The position numbers and the translations under genes are program-made. A stretch of DNA of 55,799 nucleotides, taken from positions 1 to 55,799 of the IMG/VR virus record IMGVR_UViG_3300033145_001400; one strand, 5' to 3'. Origin of the DNA: a virus. Lineage: Duplodnaviria; Caudoviricetes. Under the pieces are notes generated by a model that saw nothing but the letters and a program-made list of their open reading frames with translations, was not told the origin of the DNA and did not search any database. Positions 47,725 through 55,799 of the stretch are shown in pieces; position 1 is the stretch's first letter, and the number at the start of each line of letters is the position of its first letter.

Positions 47725-48060
47725 ATGACTATTCTAAAAGTAAGTGACAAAAAAGGAAGTCCAAAAGATACTAAACTTGCCGGGGCTTATTTATCCCGGC
47801 AGGTTTCGGACTACCTAACATTGTATTCACTAGCTCACGGTATCACGAAGACTATTGTAATAAGGAATGAGATACAACACTGGTATGATTCTCAAATGGA
47901 AAAGGATGTAGACTTGGTTAAAATGATTGCTAAAAAAGCTAGGACTAAACAAAAGAAATGGGATTCAAAAGTTTTGTTTAAGAAAAATCTGAAAGAGGAA
48001 TTGGAACGAAAACAAATTAGTGAAGTTCATATTAGTACAATTTTAACAGCATTGGAATGA
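47725..48060 (+). CDS. Hypothetical protein, possibly DNA-binding
   Basis: 111 aa basic ORF. Confidence 0.45.
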   Translation: MTILKVSDKKGSPKDTKLAGAYLSRQVSDYLTLYSLAHGITKTIVIRNEIQHWYDSQMEKDVDLVKMIAKKARTKQKKWDSKVLFKKNLKEELERKQISEVHISTILTALE

Positions 48061-48099
48061 AAGCAACAGAAAATAATTCATTTAAGCGGGAGGATTAAT

Positions 48100-48480
48100 A
48101 TGGCACTATCAGCAACAGAATTAAGAATTGGAAATTGGGTAAAACGAAATGAACAGCCATATGGTTTCACAATAGATCATCATTCATTTTGGACCTGTGA
48201 AAAACATCCAGAAATGTACGAACCTATCCCATTAACCGAACAATGGCTAAAAGATTTTGGATTTAAACTTAGTGAAGATGAGGGCTGGATTCATAATGAA
48301 GATATGAGTTATCCGGTTTACATAAACGGGATTAGAATAATTTACAAAGAAGATAAATTTTATTTATGGATAGAGATTGATGAAGATACTTATTATAATT
48401 TTGAATGGATAGAGATTAAATACGTTCACCAATTACAGAACCTTTATTTTGCTTTAACTGAAAAAGAATTAACTAAATGA
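48100..48480 (+). CDS. Conserved phage protein (family typical of Bacteroidota phages)
   Basis: ELRIGNWV...PIPLTEQWLKDFGF...IKYVHQLQNLYFALT. Confidence 0.65.
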   Translation: MALSATELRIGNWVKRNEQPYGFTIDHHSFWTCEKHPEMYEPIPLTEQWLKDFGFKLSEDEGWIHNEDMSYPVYINGIRIIYKEDKFYLWIEIDEDTYYNFEWIEIKYVHQLQNLYFALTEKELTK

Positions 48481-49550
48481 AACGAACCAAAGATGTTAAA
48501 CTCAGCCGACAAGTTAGAGCGAAGGTGTCAAAAAAGCCAGAGAAGAAACAGGAATACGATGGAGATACAACCACAATGATTAGTACTGGATCTACTCTGT
48601 TAGACTTAGCAATATCAGGTGGTAGAGTTAGAGGTGGAGGAATACCTGCAGGAATATTGGTTGAAATATTTGGCCCTGCCAGTAGTGGTAAAACTGTTTT
48701 ATTATGTGAAATTGCTGGAGCCATACAACGTCAACATGGAGAAGTAATGTTCTGTGATCCTGAGGCTAGATTAAATAAACAGTTTGCCCGTATCTTTGAT
48801 TTGCATACAAATGAAATGGATTACCGTACTCCTGATACTGTGCCTGAAGTATTCAGAGCAGTAAGGGAATGGATACCAATCACCCTTTTAAGACCTCCAG
48901 GAGATTCAACAAAAAGAATACATGGCATATTTGCTGACTCATTGGCAGCATTGTCTACTGATATGGAGATGGAAAAAGATGAAGGAGACAAAATGGGGAT
49001 GCGTAGAGCTAAAGAATTTAGTGAAGAGTTAAGAAAAACCTGCCGTATATTAGCTAGAAATAATTACCTGATGGTGTGTAGTAATCAAATAAGACAGAAT
49101 CTAGATGCTGGACCATACGGGCAGAAGTACAAAAGTCCAGGCGGGGAAGCTATTGGTTTTTATTCTAGTTTGAGATTGAGGATGTCTAACCCAAAAAAGA
49201 TAAAAGAGAAACGAACCATATCTGGTAAAGAAGTAATGCGAGTGGTTGGTGTAAAAACTGAAGTGGAGGTATTTAAATCATCCGTGTGGAAACCTTATCG
49301 TACTGCTCCAGTGACTATAATTTTTGATTATGGAATTGATAATGTAAAAGACAGCCTTCAATTTATCAAGGACTATACAAATAATACGGCATATACAATG
49401 AACGGAGAAATCCTGAATAAATCAATAAATGAAGCTATTAAAATTATTGAAGAGTCAGATATGGAATGGAAATTGAAGGAAGAAGTAATTGATCTTTGGG
49501 AAAAAATTGAAAGTAAATTTGAAATTGAACGTAAAACTAAAATAAGATGA
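48477..49550 (+). CDS. recA: RecA/UvsX-like recombinase
   Basis: ISTGSTLLDLAI, GGIP, EIFGPASSGKT, DSLAAL, NQIR, PGGEAIGFYSS. Confidence 0.9.
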   Translation: MKRTKDVKLSRQVRAKVSKKPEKKQEYDGDTTTMISTGSTLLDLAISGGRVRGGGIPAGILVEIFGPASSGKTVLLCEIAGAIQRQHGEVMFCDPEARLNKQFARIFDLHTNEMDYRTPDTVPEVFRAVREWIPITLLRPPGDSTKRIHGIFADSLAALSTDMEMEKDEGDKMGMRRAKEFSEELRKTCRILARNNYLMVCSNQIRQNLDAGPYGQKYKSPGGEAIGFYSSLRLRMSNPKKIKEKRTISGKEVMRVVGVKTEVEVFKSSVWKPYRTAPVTIIFDYGIDNVKDSLQFIKDYTNNTAYTMNGEILNKSINEAIKIIEESDMEWKLKEEVIDLWEKIESKFEIERKTKIR

Positions 49551-49710
49551 GTAAATTTCATTTAAAATACCAACAAGATACTGGTATACAAGTAAGACGA
49601 GAAATAAATCTCATTAAAAATCACAGTGATTTTACACACTTATATAATTATATCAAATGGTTAGAAGAAAAAGTAAATGAAAAGAACAAAAAAATATTTA
49701 AAACACTACC

Positions 49711-49893
49711 ATGACAGAAACAGAAATAGGTAAAATTTATGAAGCATTGGAGAAAGTGTTATCCGCTTGTTCTGTATTAGAGGACAGTAGTAGAAAACAT
49801 ATTATAATAGATTCTCTGACAAAAGCAAGTAAGGAATTGCACATATTACGATTGGAAACGTTTAAAACCAATGAAGATGGAAACACTGAATGA
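49711..49893 (+). CDS. Hypothetical protein
   Basis: 60 aa ORF. Confidence 0.4.
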   Translation: MTETEIGKIYEALEKVLSACSVLEDSSRKHIIIDSLTKASKELHILRLETFKTNEDGNTE

Positions 49894-50015
49894 AATATGG
49901 TTGTTTATTAATTCTATTAGATGGCTTATTGTTATACTGGTTTTGGTTGTAGCGTGCTGGATACTCTACAAAATAGGCAAGTATTGAGAGTTTAATTCTC
50001 CTGCTAATAAAATCT

Positions 50016-50426
50016 ATGAAGATGAAAAGAACAAAATATAAAAAGAAAAAAAGAATATCCGTACAAGCTGCAAAAGCTAAAGGCAGAAATTTACAACAAT
50101 ATGTCTGTAAAATGGTATCTGAAATAACAGGATATGAATGGGGTAGTTCCGGAGACGACAAACCAATTGAATCCCGTCCAATGGGGCAAAAAGGAATGGA
50201 TATTAGAATGGAAAGTCAAGTGAGAGAATTGTTTCCTTTTTCAGTAGAATGTAAATTTCAGGAAAGTTGGGCAGTACATAGTTGGATTGAACAAGCAAAG
50301 GGAAACCAGATGAAAGGAACAAACTGGTTATTGGTTTGTAAACGTAGCAGAAAAAAGCCTGTTGTGATTATGGATGCTGATGCATTCTTTGTTTTGTATA
50401 GAGATTATACAGCACAATTTTTATAA
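50016..50426 (+). CDS. Holliday junction resolvase (PD-(D/E)xK)
   Basis: KAKGRNLQQYV, G.DI, SVECK. Confidence 0.75.
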   Translation: MKMKRTKYKKKKRISVQAAKAKGRNLQQYVCKMVSEITGYEWGSSGDDKPIESRPMGQKGMDIRMESQVRELFPFSVECKFQESWAVHSWIEQAKGNQMKGTNWLLVCKRSRKKPVVIMDADAFFVLYRDYTAQFL

Positions 50427-50455
50427 TAATCACCATAAAATTCTGGAAATACAAA

Positions 50456-51505
50456 ATGATTAAAAACTTAGAATTACAGAACTTCCAATCTCACAAGAAA
50501 ACTGAATTGGTTTTCTCTGATGGTGTAAATGTCATAATTGGTGGATCTGATTCAGGTAAGACCTCCATTATAAGAGCACTCAAATGGCTCGTGTGGAATA
50601 GGCCTGGAGGAGATGCTTTTCGTTCAACCTGGGGTGGAAAGACTAAAGTAACCTTAGATTTGAATGGTATTGAAGTATCACGAATTAAGGACAAAGAAAA
50701 TCTATATTATAGTGACGGTGTAAAATTTATGGCATTTGGCGCTGAGGTTCCATTTGAAATAAAACATCTACTCAACCTCAACGAGATCAATCTGCAATCA
50801 CAGATGGATTCACCATTCTTAATATCTTCAACTCCAGGAGATGTGGCAAAACATTTCAATAAGATAGCTCACTTGGATCAAATTGACGGAGGATTAAAAA
50901 CCGTACAACAATGGATCAATGGGATTAAACAGGATATTCATTCAGGAGAATCTCAAATCATTCAATCCAAAGAGGAATTGAAAAAGTTTAAACACCTGGA
51001 AAAGTTTGAAATTGATGTAGAGGTGTTAGAGGAAATGCAAAGCAAGTTCCTACAAGAAGTAAATAATGTTCGGGAACTGAAAACAACTATTACCAGCATA
51101 AAAGAAATTCAAATCAATATAGATAAGAAGTCTGAAATATTAACCGCGGAAACCTTGTTGAATACCGTACTTGATTGGATTGAAGAGAAAAAACAACTTG
51201 TTAGAAACCATGAACAATTAGGAGGATTAATTGCTGAATCGAAAGATATAAAGGGTAGTATTGAAAACCGTGAATATATTGTTGATGCCAAGGAGCATGT
51301 TGACGACTTATTGGCGATGTTTGCAGAGAAGGCAAAATTAAACGATTTAAGCCAATCAATAGGAAAGTTAATACATAATATCACTTATACAGAGAAAACC
51401 TTGCAAACCGCCTTAAAACAAGTTGAAAAATTGGAAACGGAGTTTTGGGATAGTTTTCCCGATGGAGTTTGCCCTCTTTGCAATCAACCAATTAAAAAGA
51501 AATGA
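50456..51505 (+). CDS. sbcC: SbcC/Rad50-like ATPase, N-terminal half
   Basis: LQNFQSH, GGSDSGKTS, Q-loop QSQ, coiled coil ending at the CPLC hook. Confidence 0.85.
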   Translation: MIKNLELQNFQSHKKTELVFSDGVNVIIGGSDSGKTSIIRALKWLVWNRPGGDAFRSTWGGKTKVTLDLNGIEVSRIKDKENLYYSDGVKFMAFGAEVPFEIKHLLNLNEINLQSQMDSPFLISSTPGDVAKHFNKIAHLDQIDGGLKTVQQWINGIKQDIHSGESQIIQSKEELKKFKHLEKFEIDVEVLEEMQSKFLQEVNNVRELKTTITSIKEIQINIDKKSEILTAETLLNTVLDWIEEKKQLVRNHEQLGGLIAESKDIKGSIENREYIVDAKEHVDDLLAMFAEKAKLNDLSQSIGKLIHNITYTEKTLQTALKQVEKLETEFWDSFPDGVCPLCNQPIKKK

Positions 51506-52389
51506 AAAGGACAAAAAATAAAAGACAACCGTCTTGCGTGCTTACAGGTGATTGGCATTTACGAGAAGATCAGCCTGTATGCCGCACAGATGACCATGAA
51601 TTGGCTCAATGGGTAAAAGTTGAATTTATAAGTGCTTTACAAAAGAAATATAATTGTCCTATTTTACATAGCGGAGATTTATTCAACCACTGGAAACCAA
51701 GTCCTCATTTACTTTCAAAAACTATTGAACATTTGCCAGATCAATTCTGGACAATATATGGTAATCACGACCAGCCTCAGCACAATATGGAATTAGCTTA
51801 TAAAAGTGGAGTAGCTACATTAGAACGAGCAGGAAAAATTAAAATAATACATACCTGCCACTGGGGACAAGAGCCTAAAGAAACCAGTATGTTTTTTCCA
51901 AGAATACAAAATGATAGGAACGTGTTGGTTTGGCACGTGATGACAGACCAGGCAAAAACTCCGTGGCCTGGATGTATTGATCCGATGGCTGGAAAACTGT
52001 TAAGAAAATATCCTGAGTACGATTTGATTGTTACTGGCCATAATCACAAAAGTTTTGTAGAGGAATATAAAGGTAGATTGTTGGTTAATCCAGGTTCATT
52101 AACTCGCCATGCAGCAGATCAAATCAATCACCGTCCAAGAGTATATCTATGGTACGCTGAATCGAATACCGTAGAACCTATTTACTTACCTATTAAGGAA
52201 AGGGTGATCAGTAGAGAACATATTGAAGAGGTAGAAAAACGGGATGGTAGAATAGATGCCTTCATCAGTCAGTTAGATAGTGAATGGGAAGCTGAAATAA
52301 GTTTTGAGGAAAATCTAAAACGATTCTTTTCTCATAATAAAGTAAGAGATTCAATTAAAAATATAGTAATGAATTCAATAGAAAAATAA
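51502..52389 (+). CDS. sbcD: SbcD/Mre11-like metallophosphoesterase nuclease
   Basis: DWH, GDLF, GNHD, GHNH, NPGS. Confidence 0.88.
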   Translation: MKRTKNKRQPSCVLTGDWHLREDQPVCRTDDHELAQWVKVEFISALQKKYNCPILHSGDLFNHWKPSPHLLSKTIEHLPDQFWTIYGNHDQPQHNMELAYKSGVATLERAGKIKIIHTCHWGQEPKETSMFFPRIQNDRNVLVWHVMTDQAKTPWPGCIDPMAGKLLRKYPEYDLIVTGHNHKSFVEEYKGRLLVNPGSLTRHAADQINHRPRVYLWYAESNTVEPIYLPIKERVISREHIEEVEKRDGRIDAFISQLDSEWEAEISFEENLKRFFSHNKVRDSIKNIVMNSIEK

Positions 52390-52616
52390 TGGGAACAAGA
52401 TTAATTAAACCAAGCCCAGAAACACTACGGCAGGAAATTGAAACCAACGTTATGGCATTCAATAAATACTTGGACGAAGCAATAGAACATATGAATTGGC
52501 ATCAACTATTATGTAATTGTCATCCAATAGAACGTTCAGAATTTGCATGGCGGTTATACAAAGGAAAATTAATAAACCGAGAAGATACAATAAAATATTC
52601 AACAAAAAAGGATTAA
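52389..52616 (+). CDS. Hypothetical protein
   Basis: 75 aa ORF. Confidence 0.5.
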   Translation: MGTRLIKPSPETLRQEIETNVMAFNKYLDEAIEHMNWHQLLCNCHPIERSEFAWRLYKGKLINREDTIKYSTKKD

Positions 52617-52620
52617 CATA

Positions 52621-52854
52621 ATGAATGAAAATCAATTATTAGAATTAAAAAGAGAAATTGACGACGCGAAAACCGAAGTTTCTGAATTAAAAGGTACACG
52701 AAAACAGTTGATGAAAGATTTGAAAGAAAACTGGGATTGTACTACATTGGAACAGGCTGAAAAGAAACATGAAAAACTAAGAGAGGCAATTACTGTTTTG
52801 TCTGATAAGATTGAAAAAGGTGTAAAAGAATTAAATGAAAAATATGAATTATGA
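52621..52854 (+). CDS. Small coiled-coil protein
   Basis: 77 aa with a heptad pattern. Confidence 0.55.
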   Translation: MNENQLLELKREIDDAKTEVSELKGTRKQLMKDLKENWDCTTLEQAEKKHEKLREAITVLSDKIEKGVKELNEKYEL

Positions 52855-53321
52855 TTTTCTTAATAAAAATAGATCGAAGAACTCTAAAAAAGAATCCTAA
52901 TGCAGGAAGTACCGTTAGTTATCTACCAGGATTACAATCTTCTAAATTTGAATATTCCGGAAAATTCTTACCTAATTATTTAATAGATGGAAGAAATTGT
53001 TATATAACGGAAACAAACTATGGAGATGGAATTATATGTGGGGAAATGATTGGAGAGGTATCTAAAAAATTAATGAAGTGTTTTGCTGAAGATTTGAATA
53101 TGCACATATCAATCAGTCAGGAAACTAATAGAATAGACCATTTGCCTGAACCAGATTATTTCTATGAATATAAAAAAACAAAAGTGCAATGTAATTCTTG
53201 CGGAGTGTGGTTTGATCATCATAAATTACTATCTGATGAAATTATGGATGTTTATTCTGATAGAATTTGTCCTGAATGTGGAAAATTTGATTGTTGTCAA
53301 CTTGAATATGAATCATTATGA
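52851..53321 (+). CDS. Hypothetical zinc-ribbon protein
   Basis: CNSC...CPEC. Confidence 0.5.
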   Translation: MIFLIKIDRRTLKKNPNAGSTVSYLPGLQSSKFEYSGKFLPNYLIDGRNCYITETNYGDGIICGEMIGEVSKKLMKCFAEDLNMHISISQETNRIDHLPEPDYFYEYKKTKVQCNSCGVWFDHHKLLSDEIMDVYSDRICPECGKFDCCQLEYESL

Positions 53322-53932
53322 ATAATGAAACTTTGATAAAAACCTTACGTCATCAACTGGAACGCCAGAAAGGACAACAATTACAAATAGAAAAAACCAT
53401 TTCTGAAACCGATCGTACAGTAAAAGGAAAGCGTAGGGATTTACAAAGGCATGAAAAAGCAAGAGAAATAATCCGTGAAGTCGGGATAAAAACGCAAAAC
53501 CAATTATCTTTTCATATCTCTGACATTACTTCTCTGGCATTAGAGGCTGTATTCACGGATCCTTACAAATTAATTGTAGACTTTGTTCAACGCAGAAATA
53601 AAACTGAATGTGATCTATATTTTGAAAGGGATGGTAATAAAGTTGATCCCTTATTAGCATCAGGCGGAGGAGCTGTTGATGTAGCTGCATTTGCTTTGCG
53701 GATTGCTTCGTGGTCAATGCAAAGACCAAAGTCCAGGAATGTTATTATACTAGATGAACCGTTGAGGTTTCTCAGTGCTAATCATCAGGAACAAGCTTCT
53801 CAAATGATTAAAGAGGTTAGTGAGAAGTTAGGAATTCAATTCATTATTATTACACATGAACTAATATTAACCGCATATGCTGATAAGATGTTTGAAACTA
53901 AAATCAAGAAAGGAGTGACAGAAATAATATGA
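53318..53932 (+). CDS. sbcC: SbcC/Rad50-like ATPase, C-terminal half
   Basis: Coiled coil, ASGG signature, IILDEP Walker B, IITH. Confidence 0.85.
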   Translation: MNNETLIKTLRHQLERQKGQQLQIEKTISETDRTVKGKRRDLQRHEKAREIIREVGIKTQNQLSFHISDITSLALEAVFTDPYKLIVDFVQRRNKTECDLYFERDGNKVDPLLASGGGAVDVAAFALRIASWSMQRPKSRNVIILDEPLRFLSANHQEQASQMIKEVSEKLGIQFIIITHELILTAYADKMFETKIKKGVTEII

Positions 53933-54144
53933 AAATAAAAACAAAAGAGTTACTTAAAAACGAACTAGTTCTAGTGGGAGATGTTAGATTTGGGGCTTCG
54001 GTATTATCTATTCCATTAAGTCCTGCACAACGTATTCTAAACGCAGACAAATTTTTACTCGAGCTTCAAAATCTTATGATTAAATATGAAGTTCCAAAAA
54101 TTGATATTGCATTTGATATATTTCATAGGCAGTTATTAGAATAA
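53929..54144 (+). CDS. Hypothetical protein
   Basis: 71 aa ORF. Confidence 0.45.
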   Translation: MKIKTKELLKNELVLVGDVRFGASVLSIPLSPAQRILNADKFLLELQNLMIKYEVPKIDIAFDIFHRQLLE

Positions 54145-54506
54145 TGGATCCTCAGCATGTAGTAGAGACAGTCACTACTGAAATAATTGAATATTTTAGA
54201 CTACCAAAGAAGCTCTGTTTTCCATTTATAAAGAAACGAATCAGCTGGGTATATGTAATTGGTTGGGAAGAGGGTGTTAATCAAAAAGGAGTAAAACATC
54301 CAGTAATACAGATGGATGAATACGGAAATACAATAGAAATACATAAAAGTCTTACCATTGCTGCTCGAAAAGTTAAAATTAGCAAAAGTAATATTTGCCT
54401 AGTACTAAAAGGAAAACAACATTCAGCTGGAGGCTATTTATGGAGAGAAGTAAACAATCCAGATGAAATCCACAAAATATTAGAAGGTTGGCAAGATGAA
54501 CTCTAA
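54144..54506 (+). CDS. NUMOD1/IENR1 DNA-binding domain protein
   Basis: PVIQMDEYGN...SLTIAAR...NICLVLKGK..SAGGYLW. Confidence 0.7.
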   Translation: MDPQHVVETVTTEIIEYFRLPKKLCFPFIKKRISWVYVIGWEEGVNQKGVKHPVIQMDEYGNTIEIHKSLTIAARKVKISKSNICLVLKGKQHSAGGYLWREVNNPDEIHKILEGWQDEL

Positions 54507-55069
54507 CCTATAAACTTCTTAGCAAAATTAAGCAACCTGCTCCTGAACCGGAAAATTAAATATACTATTCCAAGAATTACTATTATTATAACTCCCCAAA
54601 ACACTTTTATACAAAATTTAGCAAATTGGGTATTTTCTTTTACAGGAATAATCTTTTGACTTATCCTTAGTTCTGTACGGAGTTGCTTCTCAGTACGTAA
54701 AGCATTATCTAGTCGAATCTGTATAATTGTATCACCTGATTCCAGATAATGCTCCAAAACACCTGATTTCACTTGGGCTGTTGACCAAGCCAATCCAGCC
54801 TCCAGATAAGATAGTTTTGAATTAACTAATCCACGATCTACCTTTGGGGGAACACTAACCGGGGTTTCAATATACACGGTATCCCGTGGAAAATAGAAAT
54901 TAATATTGGTATCCCTCTCAGTAACTACTATAGTATTTTCAATATAAACTGTATCTACATTCCCGGTAGTGCATATCTTTTCAAACTGATCACAGTTCCG
55001 CTCGATCCTTTTCACTGTTAAACAGCTTACGGAGAGTAATCCAATTAATATAAATGCTATTGTTTTCAT
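54503..55069 (-). CDS. Putative unimolecular spanin
   Basis: Lipoprotein signal (LSVS-C16), beta-rich DTVY repeats, C-terminal TM helix with a basic tail. Confidence 0.65.
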   Translation of the reverse strand: MKTIAFILIGLLSVSCLTVKRIERNCDQFEKICTTGNVDTVYIENTIVVTERDTNINFYFPRDTVYIETPVSVPPKVDRGLVNSKLSYLEAGLAWSTAQVKSGVLEHYLESGDTIIQIRLDNALRTEKQLRTELRISQKIIPVKENTQFAKFCIKVFWGVIIIVILGIVYLIFRFRSRLLNFAKKFIG

Positions 55070-55443
55070 TTTTTAGCCTCCAAAAAATCCCAAGATTGTC
55101 CTAAAATCAAAGTTTTATATATTGCTCCAATTTTCTTTTTGATCTTCACAATTTCTTCTGTGGTCAATTCGATTTCCTTAGTTTTACAATCCCTGATTTT
55201 GACAAATAATTCGTAGTCTTCATACTTTTGTTTTTCAGTATCCTCCTTTTTAGATTGCAAAACAGCAGTAATACAAACTTTTTTTAAATCTAATATTTCT
55301 TCTTGAGTTGTATCATAATAATACAATACCTTATCTTGAAGGTCTTTTGGTAGAATTCTTATAAAATCCTTTGCCAATAATTCTTCTGAGAGCGGGTGAA
55401 TCCCGTCAATCCCTAAAATTTTTTGATTCAATTTAATTTTCAT
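55066..55443 (-). CDS. Hypothetical protein (end of late operon)
   Basis: 125 aa; ATGA coupling with the spanin gene. Confidence 0.55.
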   Translation of the reverse strand: MKIKLNQKILGIDGIHPLSEELLAKDFIRILPKDLQDKVLYYYDTTQEEILDLKKVCITAVLQSKKEDTEKQKYEDYELFVKIRDCKTKEIELTTEEIVKIKKKIGAIYKTLILGQSWDFLEAKK

Positions 55444-55799
55444 AATTTTACTTTTTTTGATTAAACAATTTATACTCTATATTTTCCTGTAATCACATAA
55501 TAAAATGGATTGCTAATTAAATACCACAATCTTTTATACCATTTAGTTGTATTTTTTATAAAGATTGAGTCAGATACTTTTCCAAATGTTAGGTCTTTTG
55601 TTTTCATAATTTTAAATTTTGATTAAACAATTTATTTTGATTCTATTTTTGTTGCTTCTTTTTTCATTATTTCCTCTTTCGGCACGTCTTCAATTTTCAC
55701 ACCTGCTGCATCTGCTATAATATCAGAAAGAAAATCCCTGATTGTTTGTAGCTTCGTTGCAGTTAATGCCTTTTCATTTAAATTTACTTGTACTATTTC

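Noticed and set aside
55441-55634. Duplicated TTTTGATTAAACAATTTA upstream of two small minus-strand ORFs
   Set aside because: Only two AT-rich copies. It is probably a shared translation leader, and the evidence is too weak to call a distinct element.
1-55799. Stop-codon reassignment, integrase/prophage boundaries, or reverse-transcriptase systems (DGR, retron)
   Set aside because: Genes are full length and densely packed in the standard code. No integrase, repressor, RT or host genes were recognised in the window.

Overview
AT-rich segment of a tailed dsDNA phage genome (Caudoviricetes) with two divergent arms. The minus-strand arm (1-20936, resuming at 54503-55799) is the virion module: terminases, lysis genes, portal, a MuF-ADP-ribosyltransferase fusion, protease/scaffold, an encapsulin-like major capsid protein and head-tail genes. 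It is interrupted by a ~7.5 kb glycosylation/sulfation cluster. The plus-strand arm (21346-54506) is the early/replication module: SNF2 helicase, sigma factor, primase, initiator plus DnaC-like loader, DnaB-like helicase, a 7-deazaguanine DNA-modification cluster, clamp and loader, split PolA, SSB, RecA, resolvase and split SbcCD. A Gram-negative, possibly Bacteroidota-like host is inferred. Most striking signals: (1) a 271-bp promoter-preceded non-coding array of GGY-NN pentamers divided into segments, a candidate programmable guide RNA; (2) an M-x-R-T-(K/R/T) N-terminal tag shared by about ten unrelated proteins; (3) a virion glycosylation plus sulfation cluster; (4) a QueC-less deazaguanine pathway containing a GTDC1/QTMAN-like glycosyltransferase; (5) a structured leader RNA followed by a tRNA-like element. 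All family calls come from motif recognition by eye; no database searches were run.
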